A DNA stretch of 64,000 nucleotides, taken from contig CAWJQU010000008.1 of assembly GCA_963845145.1 (NCBI GenBank), positions 64,001 to 128,000 of the forward strand, read 5' to 3'. This DNA comes from an uncultured delta proteobacterium (GTDB lineage Bacteria > Desulfobacterota > Desulfobacteria > Desulfobacterales > QNYZ01). This document shows, piece by piece, positions 39,459 through 50,298 of the stretch; position 1 is the first letter of the stretch; every line of letters begins with the position of its first letter. The notes under the pieces were generated by a model. The model did no database searches. It was not told where the DNA came from and worked only from the letters and a program-made list of their open reading frames with translations. Both the position numbers and the translations under genes were made by a program.

Positions 39459-39611
39459 TTTTTTTACAACTTACATTTTATTCATCAGGATGATGAGGTG
39501 AAAACTTTCGACAGAATTTGTTCTACAAAAGGTGGGCGACACTGTGTGGCATTCCTATTTTTAAGCACATAAGATGGAAGAAGAGAAAACCAGCCGGCTA
39601 AAAAGCCCACC

Positions 39612-40328
39612 TTATCCGCCCAGATAGGCTTTCTTCACCTCCGGATCGGCAAGCAAGTCTTCGGATTTACCTGAAAGAACAAGGTTCCCGTTTTCTAGAA
39701 CATACCCACGCTTTGCAAACTTCAGCGCCAACCGGGCGTTTTGCTCTACCAGCAAAATCGCGGTACCCTCAGACTCGTTGATTTCTTTTAGGGAGGAAAA
39801 CACACGCTTCATCAATAAAGGCGACAGCCCCATAGACGGTTCGTCCAGAAGCATCAATCGTCGACCTGATATAAACGCCCGCCCTACCGCAAGCATTTGC
39901 TGCTCACCGCCGGACATGGTGCCCGATTTTTGCTCCTTGCGCTCGTCGAGCCTGTCGAAAATGGCAAAAACACGTTCGATATCTTTCTCGACAGCCTCTT
40001 TGTCGTTTCGTGCGAAAGCCGCCAGTTTCAGGTTTTCAAGGACGGTCAAATTGCCGAACAGCCGCCGGCCTTCGGGAACATGGGAAATGCCTAACTCGCT
40101 GACAACTTTCTCCGGAGGGTACGTCAGTAGATCCTTACCGGCAAACGTCATCTTGGTATCGGCACCTGAGGGAACCAGGCGAGATACCGCCCTCAGTGTT
40201 GAGCTTTTACCGGCCCCATTGGCACCGATGATGGTAATGATCTCACCATCTTCTATCGTAAAATCCACGCCGTGCAGCGCCCGGATTTTGCCATATGCCA
40301 CTTTGAGATTTTTTACGTCTAACAGCAT
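39612..40328 (-). CDS. livF: Branched-chain amino acid ABC transporter ATPase (LivF-like)
   Basis: GANGAGKS, HVPEGRRLF, MSGGEQQM, LLDEPSMGL. Confidence 0.92.
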   Translation of the reverse strand: MLLDVKNLKVAYGKIRALHGVDFTIEDGEIITIIGANGAGKSSTLRAVSRLVPSGADTKMTFAGKDLLTYPPEKVVSELGISHVPEGRRLFGNLTVLENLKLAAFARNDKEAVEKDIERVFAIFDRLDERKEQKSGTMSGGEQQMLAVGRAFISGRRLMLLDEPSMGLSPLLMKRVFSSLKEINESEGTAILLVEQNARLALKFAKRGYVLENGNLVLSGKSEDLLADPEVKKAYLGG

Positions 40329-41101
40329 TAGAAGTCGATCTCCTGATCGCCGATATAGGCTTCGATTACTTTGGGGTCATTCTGAACGGCGTCGGGCGTT
40401 CCTTCAACCAGCACCTGGCCAAACACCAGCGCCTGAACATGCTGGCAGAGCTCCCGCACCACACGCAGCCGATGCTCAATGAGAAATATCGCCAGCTTGA
40501 ACCGCTCATACGCTTTGCGCACAACCGAGATCATGTCCCTTAGTTCCTCCGGTGTCATGCCGACGGTTGGTTCATCAAGCAGGAGCACTTTGGGCTCCAT
40601 GGCCAGGGCACGGGCCATTTCAACTCGGCGTTGCGCGCCGTAAGGCAGATTGACCACCAACTGATCGGCAAATTCATGGACGTGAAACAATTCCATGTAA
40701 TCCATGGCTCTCTCGGTAGCCGCCTTTTCTTCCTGCCGCCGCTTGGGGCTATCCAGAAAAGCGCCGAGCAGGCCGTACGAGAGCTTGGAATATTGCGCCA
40801 TTTTAACATGTTCCAGAACGGTCATATGGCGCCATAAACGCATCTCCTGAAAAGTGCGGCCGATGCCCAGCGCCGCAATCTGATTGGTCCGTTTGCCGAC
40901 CATGTCGGTGCCTTCCAGCAAAACTTGACCTTCAACCGGCTGATAGATGCCGGTAATCAGGTTGAAAATCGTCGTTTTTCCTGCGCCATTGGGGCCGATC
41001 AAACCGGTAATTTGACCCGGATCCAATTTTAGGTTGTAGTTGGAAACGGCCTGCAGGCCACCAAAATTATGGCTCATATCAACGACTTCTAACAGCGCCA
41101 T
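40328..41101 (-). CDS. livG: Branched-chain amino acid ABC transporter ATPase (LivG-like)
   Basis: GPNGAGKT, LPYGAQRRVEMARAL, LLDEP, VIEAYIG. Confidence 0.92.
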   Translation of the reverse strand: MALLEVVDMSHNFGGLQAVSNYNLKLDPGQITGLIGPNGAGKTTIFNLITGIYQPVEGQVLLEGTDMVGKRTNQIAALGIGRTFQEMRLWRHMTVLEHVKMAQYSKLSYGLLGAFLDSPKRRQEEKAATERAMDYMELFHVHEFADQLVVNLPYGAQRRVEMARALAMEPKVLLLDEPTVGMTPEELRDMISVVRKAYERFKLAIFLIEHRLRVVRELCQHVQALVFGQVLVEGTPDAVQNDPKVIEAYIGDQEIDF

Positions 41102-41102
41102 C

Positions 41103-42446
41103 TTAAGCCACCTCCTTAGGGCCAAAAGCCTTGCGTACATTGAACTCTTTGAATGCAACCAGGCCTGTAGGTCTGTAAATCATTACTAGAATCAGCAACA
41201 GGGGGATGACAATCCATTTGAAAATTTCAAACGGCCGTAACACTTCGCCCAGTAAGCTGATTGATACAGCGCCAACGATAGATCCGTATACCGAGTTGAG
41301 GCCTCCGAAATAGACCATGGCCAGGACTTCCGCCAATTTTTGAATGCCAAACATGGCCGGGTTGATAAACCTTAGAACGTGGGCCAAAAGGCCTCCCGCC
41401 AAGCCGGCCCAGAAAGCCCCGACTAAAAAGGCGGTCATTTTGGTCTTACGGGTGTCCACGGTCATGGCATCTGCGGCCATTTCGTCATCCCGCACGGCGT
41501 TCAGGGCTTTACCCAGGGTGGATGTCACAAAATTATTGATGAACCACACACCCAATACAACCACAATGAATATCACCGGCAAAGTCGCCCAGTTGGGTTG
41601 GCCCATAATTCCCCTGGCGCCTCCCAGGTTCTGCATGTTCTCGAAGAAGCTTTTAACGATGAATAAAAAGGCAAGGCTGATAATGGCCAGATAATCGCCC
41701 CGGGTCCTGAATGAGGGAATGGCGACAATCAAAGCGCACGCAGCAGCGCAAAGTCCACCGAATATCAACGCCAAGGGAAAAGAGAGATAAGCCATCGTAG
41801 GCCCAATTAAGGCTTCTCCCAGCACCTTGTCGTTGACGAAAAGACCCACGGTAAAGACGGACGACATATATGCGCCGATCCCCATAAACCCGGGATGGGA
41901 GCATGAAAATTCACCCATATAGCCGTTGATGATATTTAAGCTGAGTGTCAGTAGGACGGCAATCAGGGTCAATTTGAGGGTAATCAAGCGATAGTCACTA
42001 AGCTCCGTCCAAAAATGAAAGATGGCATAAATAAGCGCCAGATGTACGACTGCCGTGAATATCAATGGAAATTGTTCCAGCGACCGTGCGATGGCATTGG
42101 CCGGTTGGGTTGTCAGGCGAATCACAACGGCCAACGGGACGGCGTAAATGGCAACAAAATAGATCACCGCTGCCGGGATATGAATCAAAGTAGTCGCATC
42201 AAAGGGCGTTCCTTTGATGAGCAGCCAGATCAAACCGGCCAGCACTTTGGCGATGGTGACAAGACCGAACATAATGGGCATTTGGGGTAACCCAAGAATC
42301 GATGCCAGGGGCGCACCGGCTATCGTTTCCCAAAGTGAGCAGACTAAAAACCCCAAAAGGATTGCCAGCAGCGGTGCCCGGCCATAGAATCGTTTAATAA
42401 AACCCCGGATGCTCGGGGGTTGTTTCTGAATAGATGAAACGGCCAT
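41103..42446 (-). CDS. livM: Branched-chain amino acid ABC permease (LivM-like)
   Basis: RTRGDYLAIISLAF, LGKALNAVRDDEMAA. Confidence 0.9.
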   Translation of the reverse strand: MAVSSIQKQPPSIRGFIKRFYGRAPLLAILLGFLVCSLWETIAGAPLASILGLPQMPIMFGLVTIAKVLAGLIWLLIKGTPFDATTLIHIPAAVIYFVAIYAVPLAVVIRLTTQPANAIARSLEQFPLIFTAVVHLALIYAIFHFWTELSDYRLITLKLTLIAVLLTLSLNIINGYMGEFSCSHPGFMGIGAYMSSVFTVGLFVNDKVLGEALIGPTMAYLSFPLALIFGGLCAAACALIVAIPSFRTRGDYLAIISLAFLFIVKSFFENMQNLGGARGIMGQPNWATLPVIFIVVVLGVWFINNFVTSTLGKALNAVRDDEMAADAMTVDTRKTKMTAFLVGAFWAGLAGGLLAHVLRFINPAMFGIQKLAEVLAMVYFGGLNSVYGSIVGAVSISLLGEVLRPFEIFKWIVIPLLLILVMIYRPTGLVAFKEFNVRKAFGPKEVA

Positions 42447-42466
42447 TGATAATTTCCTTTTATATC

Positions 42467-43432
42467 CTATAAACGAAGCTTCGCACTGTAGGTTTCCCCG
42501 AACAGTCCGTGAGGTCGGAATATAAGAATCAACAGAACCACGGAATAGGCTATGAGGTCACGCAGATTCGACCCGAGATTCAACGCAAACAGTCGATTCA
42601 TAATTTGAATGGCCGGCACAGTCATGATCTCAATAAATCCCAACATAAAACCGGCAATACAAGCGCCCATGATTGAGCCGCGTCCACCAAGAATGGCCGC
42701 GACAAACGCCTTCCAACCAAAACTAACGCCCATCAGAGGATCCAAAACCGGGTAAGCCAGAGCAAAAAGTATACCGGCCGCCGCCGCCAGGGCCGAACCG
42801 ATGGCGAATGTCATGGTCGCCACACGGTTGATTGAGATCCCCATCAGTGGAATAACCAGATAATCATATGCCATGGCACGCATGGCCATACCGTACTTGG
42901 TTCGGGTGATAAACTGATGCAACACAAGCATCAAGCCCAATGAAACGAGTACGATCATGATTTTTATGTTGGTAACATAGACCCCACCGATATTGTAGGT
43001 GACGGATTGGATGAGCGAGGGAAACTTCAACCGCGATCCACCCAAAAACAGGATGTTGGCGGTTTCCAGAATGATGCCGATCATCAGGCCTGTGATAGCG
43101 GCGGAGGCGCGCGGGGCATTCCTTAAGGGACGATATCCAACGCGTTCAACGATAATACCGACAAAAGCGGTTAAAAACATCGAAATTAAAATCGTCAGGG
43201 CCAGAATCATCCAACCGGGCATGATGGCGGCGCCACTTGTGCCGACCAGCGCAAGCAGCCCGGTGGCAACACCTAAACCGATATAGGCGCCCACCATGAA
43301 AATGTCTCCATGGGCGAAATTAAATAACATCAGTATACTGTAAACCATGGAGTACCCCAGTGCGATAAGGGCGTAAAAGCTGCCCCACTGAAGGGCGTTG
43401 ATCAGGTTCTGCATGAAGAAAGTGAAAGTCAT
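42467..43432 (-). CDS. livH: Branched-chain amino acid ABC permease (LivH-like)
   Basis: ALIALGYSMVY, FNFAHGD, YRPLR, KAFVAAILGG, RPHGLFG. Confidence 0.9.
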   Translation of the reverse strand: MTFTFFMQNLINALQWGSFYALIALGYSMVYSILMLFNFAHGDIFMVGAYIGLGVATGLLALVGTSGAAIMPGWMILALTILISMFLTAFVGIIVERVGYRPLRNAPRASAAITGLMIGIILETANILFLGGSRLKFPSLIQSVTYNIGGVYVTNIKIMIVLVSLGLMLVLHQFITRTKYGMAMRAMAYDYLVIPLMGISINRVATMTFAIGSALAAAAGILFALAYPVLDPLMGVSFGWKAFVAAILGGRGSIMGACIAGFMLGFIEIMTVPAIQIMNRLFALNLGSNLRDLIAYSVVLLILIFRPHGLFGETYSAKLRL

Positions 43433-43577
43433 GCGGTGCTCTCCTGAATGATATTGCTCACACAGCTTCGGGCACAATGATCCCAACAAATCATTGGCCA
43501 ACTGGTCAAATGGGCAGCGGTTGCTTCAATCCGAGGCATCCGGTTGGCAGCGTACTTAAGTGAGCAAATAATAGATG

Positions 43578-43605
43578 CGCCCACCGTACGCTTGTACGGT
43601 GGGCG
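43578..43605. terminator. Hairpin between the binding-protein and permease genes
   Basis: Perfect 12-bp stem CGCCCACCGTAC-gctt-GTACGGTGGGCG. Confidence 0.6.
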
Positions 43606-43648
43606 TTTGTTTTTAATGACCCGCTAACAGATAAAACGGGGTATGAAT

Positions 43649-44815
43649 TTATTTCGGACAAACGGATTTATGAAACTCGAATTCACCGTCTTGATTGATC
43701 TGCACGATCACGGCGCATTTCTTGGGGTCACCCTCCGGCGTAAAGGTCATACCACCTGTTATCCCCGGAAAATCCGCGACTTTTGCCAGGGCATCTTTGA
43801 CTTTGGTCCGATCAGCCTTGATGTCGCCTGAGAGTCCACCGGTGTCCTTGATGGCCTGGACCATCAATCCAATGCTATCCCAGGTCAGAGCGGCCACATC
43901 ATCCGGGGTTTTGCCATAGGCGGCATTATACTCATCGATAAATGCTTTCGTGGCGCCCTTGGCCCCTTTGGCGGCATAGTGGCTGGAGAAGTAGTAGCCT
44001 TTGCAGTCATCACCGCAAAGACCCATCAGGTCGCCACCGCCCCAGGCGTCGGCACCCAGAATTTGTTTCTGCCAGCCCATTTCCTTGGCGCCACGGATGA
44101 TCAGCGGTACTTCTGAGTAATACTGGGGAACAAAAAGCACGTCTGCTCCGGATGCGACGATATTGGTCATCTGGGCCGAAAAATCCTTGTCACCAGTGGT
44201 AAAGGATTCAAACGCCACTATTGCACCAGGGCCATGAATCTTCTCAAAAGCATCCTTGAAGTTTTCAGCCAAGCCCTTGGGATAATCGGCTGCAATATCA
44301 TAGATAACGGCTGCCTTTTTGGCGCCAAGCTCATCCGTTGCGAAATTGGCAGCTACCGGGCCCTGAAAAGGATCGAGGAAACAACCACGAAACACATAGG
44401 GACGATCCAGGGTGGTGTTGGGATTGGTGGACCAGGGGCTGATCATGGGGGTGCCCCCATTGTTGGCCACTTCACCGGCCGGAACTGCCTGGCTTGACGA
44501 TTGCGGCCCAATAATGCCCAGGACGCCATCTTCGGTGATGAGCTTGGTATTGATTTTAACGGCTGATTCAGGCTTGTACTCATTGTCCTCATAAATCAAG
44601 GCAAGTTTATATTGTTTTCCACCTACTTCAACTTCAGCGTTTTTCTTAAGAAACATTTCGGCAGCGTTCTTGGATGATGCGCCAACGTCTGGGTTATCAC
44701 CCGTCAGCGGAATATTAAACCCGATTTTAATCATATGACTATCTCCAAAGGCAGAGGGAGATAATATCAAACCAAAGACCACACATAAAGCAACGAGCAT
44801 TAATCGATTGCGCAT
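43649..44815 (-). CDS. Branched-chain amino acid ABC substrate-binding protein (LivJ/K-like)
   Basis: Signal peptide, IKIGFNIPLTG, YVFRGCFLDPFQG, FPGITG. Confidence 0.92.
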   Translation of the reverse strand: MRNRLMLVALCVVFGLILSPSAFGDSHMIKIGFNIPLTGDNPDVGASSKNAAEMFLKKNAEVEVGGKQYKLALIYEDNEYKPESAVKINTKLITEDGVLGIIGPQSSSQAVPAGEVANNGGTPMISPWSTNPNTTLDRPYVFRGCFLDPFQGPVAANFATDELGAKKAAVIYDIAADYPKGLAENFKDAFEKIHGPGAIVAFESFTTGDKDFSAQMTNIVASGADVLFVPQYYSEVPLIIRGAKEMGWQKQILGADAWGGGDLMGLCGDDCKGYYFSSHYAAKGAKGATKAFIDEYNAAYGKTPDDVAALTWDSIGLMVQAIKDTGGLSGDIKADRTKVKDALAKVADFPGITGGMTFTPEGDPKKCAVIVQINQDGEFEFHKSVCPK

Positions 44816-44967
44816 GACTTCCTCCTTTTGGTTTCGATTATTTTAAAAAACAATGGGTTTTTAAAAATAATCAATTTACAATAAACGTACGATTTCCTAT
44901 CATGGGTAACCATATTCTATCAATCTTTTTTTATCATTTAAAAGTCAGATGTCCATTTTTCACTGGG

Positions 44968-46539
44968 CTACGGACGGATATCCACTTTACCTTCCAAAAA
45001 GTGTTTTACTTCTCCGATAGGCACTTCCCGACGATGAAAGATACCAGCGGCCAGGGCCGCCTCCGCATCTGTGTGCGTAAATACCTCTAAAAAATGAGCG
45101 GCACTACCGGCGCCGCTCGAAGCGATAACGGGAATGGTTACCGCCTTTTTAACGGCATTAATCAGTTCCAAATCAAACCCGCTATTGGTGCCATCCCGAT
45201 CAATACAATTAAGCAATATTTCCCCGGCCCCCAGGGTTTCGCAAACCTTTGCCAGGCTAACGGCATCCATGGGCCGGCCTTCCCGCCCACCCTTGATGGT
45301 GCACTGATACCAGCAGTATTTCTCGCCCTTGGGGCCCGGAATATCGGTCTCGATCACATGGTAATCGACCGCATCAGGAGAGGTGACGTATACCCGTCGC
45401 GGGTCTATGGAAATAACCACGGCCTGGCTGCCGTACACTTCGGAAATCCGTTCAATAGCACTTTCGCCGGTTGCTTGACCGGTGCTTAGATACGCTTCGG
45501 CAATCAAGACCGCATCGCTACCAATGGACACCTTGTCCGCCCCGGCACGAAAATAGGCCGCTGCCACCTCCAAGGCGGAATAGGTCCGGCCGTTTTTATC
45601 GATAAAGTCCCGAATCCCGCCCCCAATGGTCAGGGGAACCGCGACGTTGCGCGATGTTTTTCGCAATACGTCCAGCATGGGCATGTCCTTTAAAGGGAAA
45701 TCGCGAAACCCGGTAATATTTAAAAACGTTATTTCATCGGCGCCTTCCTGATAATATCTCTGGGCCAGGCCCACCGGCAACCCCATGTTGCGAATACGGC
45801 CATTTTCCCGCACATCATATTGGTCGCCCTTGGTGACAACGAGGTCTCCTTTGTCATCGGATCGAACATCGAGGCAGGCGATAATTCTTTTTGCTAACAC
45901 GGTTTTTTTTGCACCCGTCAGGGGATGATTAATTTCCTGATCTGCATTTAAAAAGTTTTTTAGAATCGCTTGTCCTGCCGACCCACTTTTTTCCGGGTGA
46001 AATTGTGTCCCAACAATATTTCCCTGCTGGATGCTGCTGACGAATTCGTACCCATAATCCGTAGTGGTCAATATGACCTTCTGGTCTTCCGGGGCCACAT
46101 GGTACGCATGCACGAAGTAAAGCTTCTCATCGCGCTGAAAACCGTTAAAAATGTTTGAAAATTGTTTGATACGGATCCCATTCCAACCGATGTGAGGCAC
46201 CGCCAAATTGATGTCGAATTTTTTAACGGTCCCTGAAATAAAACCCAAGCCTTCCAATTCCGGCGCTTCCTCGCTGCGATCAAACAGTGCTTGCAGGCCC
46301 AGGCAGATACCCAGAAATGGCCGGTTATCCTGAAGGTAAGCTTTCAGTGGTTCGGAGTAGCCCTTATCATTAAGGATTCGGATCATATTCCCGAATGCAC
46401 CCACGCCCGGAAAAACCAATCGTTCAGCAGACAAAATGTCATCTGGGCCGGCAACCATCTTTACCTTTTCGCCCAACCGCTCGATGGCATTGATCACACT
46501 TCTGACATTTCCCGCACCATAGTCAAGTAAGGTTATCAT
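44968..46539 (-). CDS. hisHF: Bifunctional imidazole glycerol phosphate synthase (HisH-HisF fusion)
   Basis: GICLGLQ, QFHPEKSG, then RIIACLDVR..VVTKGDQYDVRE, LLNCIDRDG, ASSGAG, ALAAGIFH. Confidence 0.95.
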   Translation of the reverse strand: MITLLDYGAGNVRSVINAIERLGEKVKMVAGPDDILSAERLVFPGVGAFGNMIRILNDKGYSEPLKAYLQDNRPFLGICLGLQALFDRSEEAPELEGLGFISGTVKKFDINLAVPHIGWNGIRIKQFSNIFNGFQRDEKLYFVHAYHVAPEDQKVILTTTDYGYEFVSSIQQGNIVGTQFHPEKSGSAGQAILKNFLNADQEINHPLTGAKKTVLAKRIIACLDVRSDDKGDLVVTKGDQYDVRENGRIRNMGLPVGLAQRYYQEGADEITFLNITGFRDFPLKDMPMLDVLRKTSRNVAVPLTIGGGIRDFIDKNGRTYSALEVAAAYFRAGADKVSIGSDAVLIAEAYLSTGQATGESAIERISEVYGSQAVVISIDPRRVYVTSPDAVDYHVIETDIPGPKGEKYCWYQCTIKGGREGRPMDAVSLAKVCETLGAGEILLNCIDRDGTNSGFDLELINAVKKAVTIPVIASSGAGSAAHFLEVFTHTDAEAALAAGIFHRREVPIGEVKHFLEGKVDIRP

Positions 46540-46648
46540 TTCTTTATCTTCTTATTTTAGCCGCTAACCACTTGATCAATTTAGGATGTCAGCGGGTTCA
46601 AAGCCTATTAATCTTCAAAACATCGGGGGGTTAACTTTGCACCTTCGG

Positions 46649-47710
46649 CTAGGTATAAATCAGGTTCAGCGGTAGTGGTGGATATCTCAATGTGCCCGGC
46701 ACGGGAAGCAAGTACTGCCCACTCACCCTTAGCCAGTTCAAATCCGGTTTGATCTCTCTTAATTTACCGTCCAAAGGTGGTTTACCGTGTTCCGTATAGG
46801 AATAGACGACCTGAAACAGACAGACGCCCGATCGCCCTTCACGCGCGACCACATACTTCTTGTTAAAAGTAGAGACGCTGAGGCTATTGGCGGCGGCAAT
46901 CTGGCTGAGCTCATTTTTCGATATTTTCATCAACACCGTTTTAACAATTCCCCGCTCAGACAATCGCATCATTGCCCGCGATTCACTGCTGCCGACAAAA
47001 ACGGTTGAGAGACAGGGCGTATTGCGCAGGTACTCAAAAGCAATCACCGCCGCTGTCCGTCTGCCGCCGGCCATAACAGGTAAACCATAGTACTCAAAAA
47101 ATTTTTTCTGAATATCCTCGGCATACTTATCGCCACCCTCGTAAAGCTCTTTGGAAATATAGCGAAGCCGGCAGGCCATTGCTTCGGCAGCCTCGGCAAT
47201 GGACCAGTCTATACGGACGTGGAAATGGGTCAACCCATAGCGATTTCGGGCACGTGCCGTGGGTTCTCGTTGAATTAAGAGGGCATAATCCACCGGCAAC
47301 AACATATTTAAAAAATCCAGAAAGTGGGCCGACTCCAAATATTTCTGATACCGATCGAAGCTCCCTTCTAAGGGTAATGTCTTCGATTGAAGCAGATTGG
47401 CTTTGGTCGTTTTATTAACATTTAGAAAGTGTATATATTTTTTATGACTGGCGGGTAGTGAATCTTCCAGAAAAAGGACTAAAAAAGTTTTATGATAGCC
47501 GTATTCCAAGTCCGGAATGCGCGCCCGCGGCTTTAACTCGCGTTTTTCGACAAATGGATAGGGTTTCTTCTTATTCTCAAAATTCTTATATGAGTCGATC
47601 AACGCGTAGCGGATCAGGTTTTGATCGAGTTCGTCACGCAGCAATTCATAATACGATCGCCTCAAGCGGTTTGTGAGGCTTAGCTGCTCCCGGTATCCCC
47701 AATATGACAT
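46649..47710 (-). CDS. Hypothetical protein
   Basis: Long ORF (~353 aa from ATG 47710 with GGGGG SD); no motif recognised. Confidence 0.7.
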   Translation of the reverse strand: MSYWGYREQLSLTNRLRRSYYELLRDELDQNLIRYALIDSYKNFENKKKPYPFVEKRELKPRARIPDLEYGYHKTFLVLFLEDSLPASHKKYIHFLNVNKTTKANLLQSKTLPLEGSFDRYQKYLESAHFLDFLNMLLPVDYALLIQREPTARARNRYGLTHFHVRIDWSIAEAAEAMACRLRYISKELYEGGDKYAEDIQKKFFEYYGLPVMAGGRRTAAVIAFEYLRNTPCLSTVFVGSSESRAMMRLSERGIVKTVLMKISKNELSQIAAANSLSVSTFNKKYVVAREGRSGVCLFQVVYSYTEHGKPPLDGKLREIKPDLNWLRVSGQYLLPVPGTLRYPPLPLNLIYT

Positions 47711-48001
47711 AAAAACCCCCCTTTTGGCGTTGCAACGTGATTTTCGACCCAGATCGCGACCTGGCTCCCAGCCAGGCTTCAACTCAGACAATTCGTATAA
47801 CCAGACCAATCAATAAAGGGTATGGATAATTCTCTCATCACACGCCGCGATTGCGGGCGCCTCGACTGCGGGAATCAATACGATACCAAATGATTCTTCC
47901 CAGTTATTATACCAATTATTATATCAGGTTATTATATCATGGCTTACGCATTACAACAACGACTTCTTTAAGATAAAAGGGGGTATTTATGATTTTACTT
48001 A

Positions 48002-48754
48002 CTATTGTTTCTTTGACCCGTTTACATTCTCAACTTTCCGATATACGCGCTCGCGATACCGAATGACAATAATGGCGACGACCAGGCAGACACCGACCAA
48101 AATACCAAAGGTGAGGTAGTTGCCTTCGTAAAGCGAGGCGCCTTGAAGACTGAGCATGAATGTGCCGGGCATGCGGCCGAATGCGGAAATAAGAAAGAAC
48201 ACTTTCAGAGGTAGCGCCGTCAAACCCAGAAAGAGACAGAGGTAATCTTTGGGAAAGCCGGGAAAAACGAATAGAATCAGAAGGACCAACACCCCCTGGC
48301 GTTTGATGAATGTGTCAAAACGTTGGAGCTTGTCTTCCGGAATTAATTTGCGAACATATCGGCGCCCTAGAAAACGACCAATCAAGAAATTCACCATCGA
48401 CCCCGCGGCCAAAGCGATACTTGATAAGGTGAACCCTTTAATCGCACCAAAAAGATACCCGCCGATAAATCCCGTCGCTTCACCGGGGATGGGGGCCAGA
48501 ATCACCTGAATAAATTGAAGCAGAATAAAGACAAAGGGACCGAGAACACCAAAGCGGCTTACAAATGCCTGTATTTTATCGCGGTTAGATAGTGCTTGTC
48601 CAAGGGTGACTAAGCCCTGCCAAAGCGGTTCACGATAGACAAAGGCCACCAAAACCAGCGCTAGGGTTGCCCCAAGAATACCCCACCAAAAGATGGGTTT
48701 TAGTGGTTTTTTGTGCTCAATAGATTGAGGCGTGCGCTCGGTTGGCTGATCCAC
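48002..48754 (-). CDS. TVP38/TMEM64 (VTT/DedA) family membrane protein
   Basis: QVILAPIPGE..GGYLFG, FPGFPKD, GRMPG. Confidence 0.9.
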   Translation of the reverse strand: MDQPTERTPQSIEHKKPLKPIFWWGILGATLALVLVAFVYREPLWQGLVTLGQALSNRDKIQAFVSRFGVLGPFVFILLQFIQVILAPIPGEATGFIGGYLFGAIKGFTLSSIALAAGSMVNFLIGRFLGRRYVRKLIPEDKLQRFDTFIKRQGVLVLLILFVFPGFPKDYLCLFLGLTALPLKVFFLISAFGRMPGTFMLSLQGASLYEGNYLTFGILVGVCLVVAIIVIRYRERVYRKVENVNGSKKQ

Positions 48755-48767
48755 GGGAAACTTTCGC

Positions 48768-49943
48768 CTAGTGAAGCGCGGCGACCGCCGGCAGGACTTT
48801 ACCCTCCAGGAGCGTTAAAAAAGCCCCGCCCCCGGTGGAAATGTAGGTGATATCGTCTGCCCGACCGGAATTCTGAACGGCCAGGCCCGTATCGCCGCCG
48901 CCGATAATCGTCATAGCGTCAATATCGGCAATGCCTTGGACCAGAGTTTGGGTCCCCTCGGCAAAGGGTTGGATTTCAAAAGCACCCATGGGGCCGTTCC
49001 AGACAATCGTTTTCGCAGTTTTAAGAACCTCGATATACCGCGCGGTCGTCTCCGGCCCGATATCCAGAGCCATTTGATCGGCAGGCACCTTATTTACAGG
49101 TACCACTTCAAAGGCGGCATCGGCGCTAAGGGCACGCGCCACGACCACATCTACAGGCAATAAGAAACGAATATCCTGATCCTTGGCTGTCCTGATGATC
49201 GTTGCCGCTTCTTCAAACAGATCATCCTCCACCCGCGATATTCCCATATCGATGCCGGATGCTTTCAAAAACGTATTTGCCATGGCGCCACCGATCAGAA
49301 TCACATCCACCCGGCGCATCATGTTCTTCAAGGCTTCCAATTTACTGGAAACCTTGGCACCACCGACCACGGCGGCCAGCGGCCGCTCTGGATGGGTCAT
49401 GGCCTTTTCAAAAAAATCGAGCTCCTTCTGCAGTAAAAATCCAGCCCCGCAATCCGAAACATGGTGGGTGATGGCCACCACCGAAGCATTGGCGCGATGG
49501 GACACGGCAAAGGCATCGTTGATATAAACATCGCACAAAGCAGCCAAATTTTGGGCAAAAAGGTCATCGTTTTTTTGCTCCCCGGCATGAAACCGTAAAT
49601 TTTCCAGCATTACGACATCGCCGGGGGCCATACCATCAACGATTTTCTGTGTATCGGGGCCGATGCAATCATCCGTTAAAACCACCTTTTTTCCTAACAA
49701 CTCTTCCAGGCATTTTGCCGCCGGACTCAGGCTGAAGGCCGGCACCACAGATCCTTTGGGTCGCCCCAGGTGTGATGCCACCACTAATTTTGCCCCCTGT
49801 TCCAATAGGTACAAAAGCGTGGGGATCGAGCGCCTGATGCGAGCATCATCGGTAATCCGACCTTTTGAATCCAAAGGCACATTATAATCCACACGCACAA
49901 ATACTTTTTTTTCGGCTAACGCGATATCCTTAACGCTTTTCAT
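48768..49943 (-). CDS. pgk: Phosphoglycerate kinase
   Basis: RVDYNVP, SHLGRPKG, LENLRF, GGAKVSSK, WNGPMG, STGGGA. Confidence 0.97.
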   Translation of the reverse strand: MKSVKDIALAEKKVFVRVDYNVPLDSKGRITDDARIRRSIPTLLYLLEQGAKLVVASHLGRPKGSVVPAFSLSPAAKCLEELLGKKVVLTDDCIGPDTQKIVDGMAPGDVVMLENLRFHAGEQKNDDLFAQNLAALCDVYINDAFAVSHRANASVVAITHHVSDCGAGFLLQKELDFFEKAMTHPERPLAAVVGGAKVSSKLEALKNMMRRVDVILIGGAMANTFLKASGIDMGISRVEDDLFEEAATIIRTAKDQDIRFLLPVDVVVARALSADAAFEVVPVNKVPADQMALDIGPETTARYIEVLKTAKTIVWNGPMGAFEIQPFAEGTQTLVQGIADIDAMTIIGGGDTGLAVQNSGRADDITYISTGGGAFLTLLEGKVLPAVAALH

Positions 49944-50239
49944 TTCCGCGCTCCTTTTTTTTCAACCCGCATGCGTTGGGTGAGTGTCTTACGGCTGGAC
50001 CATCGCTTCAGCCTACCCATCCATCCGGCATTATACGCCCGGTCTACCATTTCTACCCTTACCTTCAATCCATCCGCACTCGACATGGCTTGCCGAAGAC
50101 ATGCGGTTTTGTAAATGCAGGGAAAACAACTTTCGGGGCTTTCCCTGAAACCGCTATCTCCCATGGGAAAAACAATGTCCAGCTTGCCAAAACAATAAGG
50201 CCGCTCGCCGGACCCGTTATTTCTTTCCTTCTCATCCAT
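49940..50239 (-). CDS. Small Cys-containing hypothetical protein
   Basis: CFGKLDIVFPMG..SCFPCIYKTAC; 4-nt overlap with the pgk start. Confidence 0.6.
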   Translation of the reverse strand: MDEKERNNGSGERPYCFGKLDIVFPMGDSGFRESPESCFPCIYKTACLRQAMSSADGLKVRVEMVDRAYNAGWMGRLKRWSSRKTLTQRMRVEKKGARK

Positions 50240-50298
50240 GTTTCTCGTTACCGTCACTGTTTCTAAAATGATGGCGTCATCGGCCTAATATAAGTAGC

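Noticed and set aside
47711..47900. Structured ncRNA or riboswitch upstream of the hypothetical gene
   Set aside because: Only short stems such as CTGGCTCCCAGCCAG; no family consensus recognised
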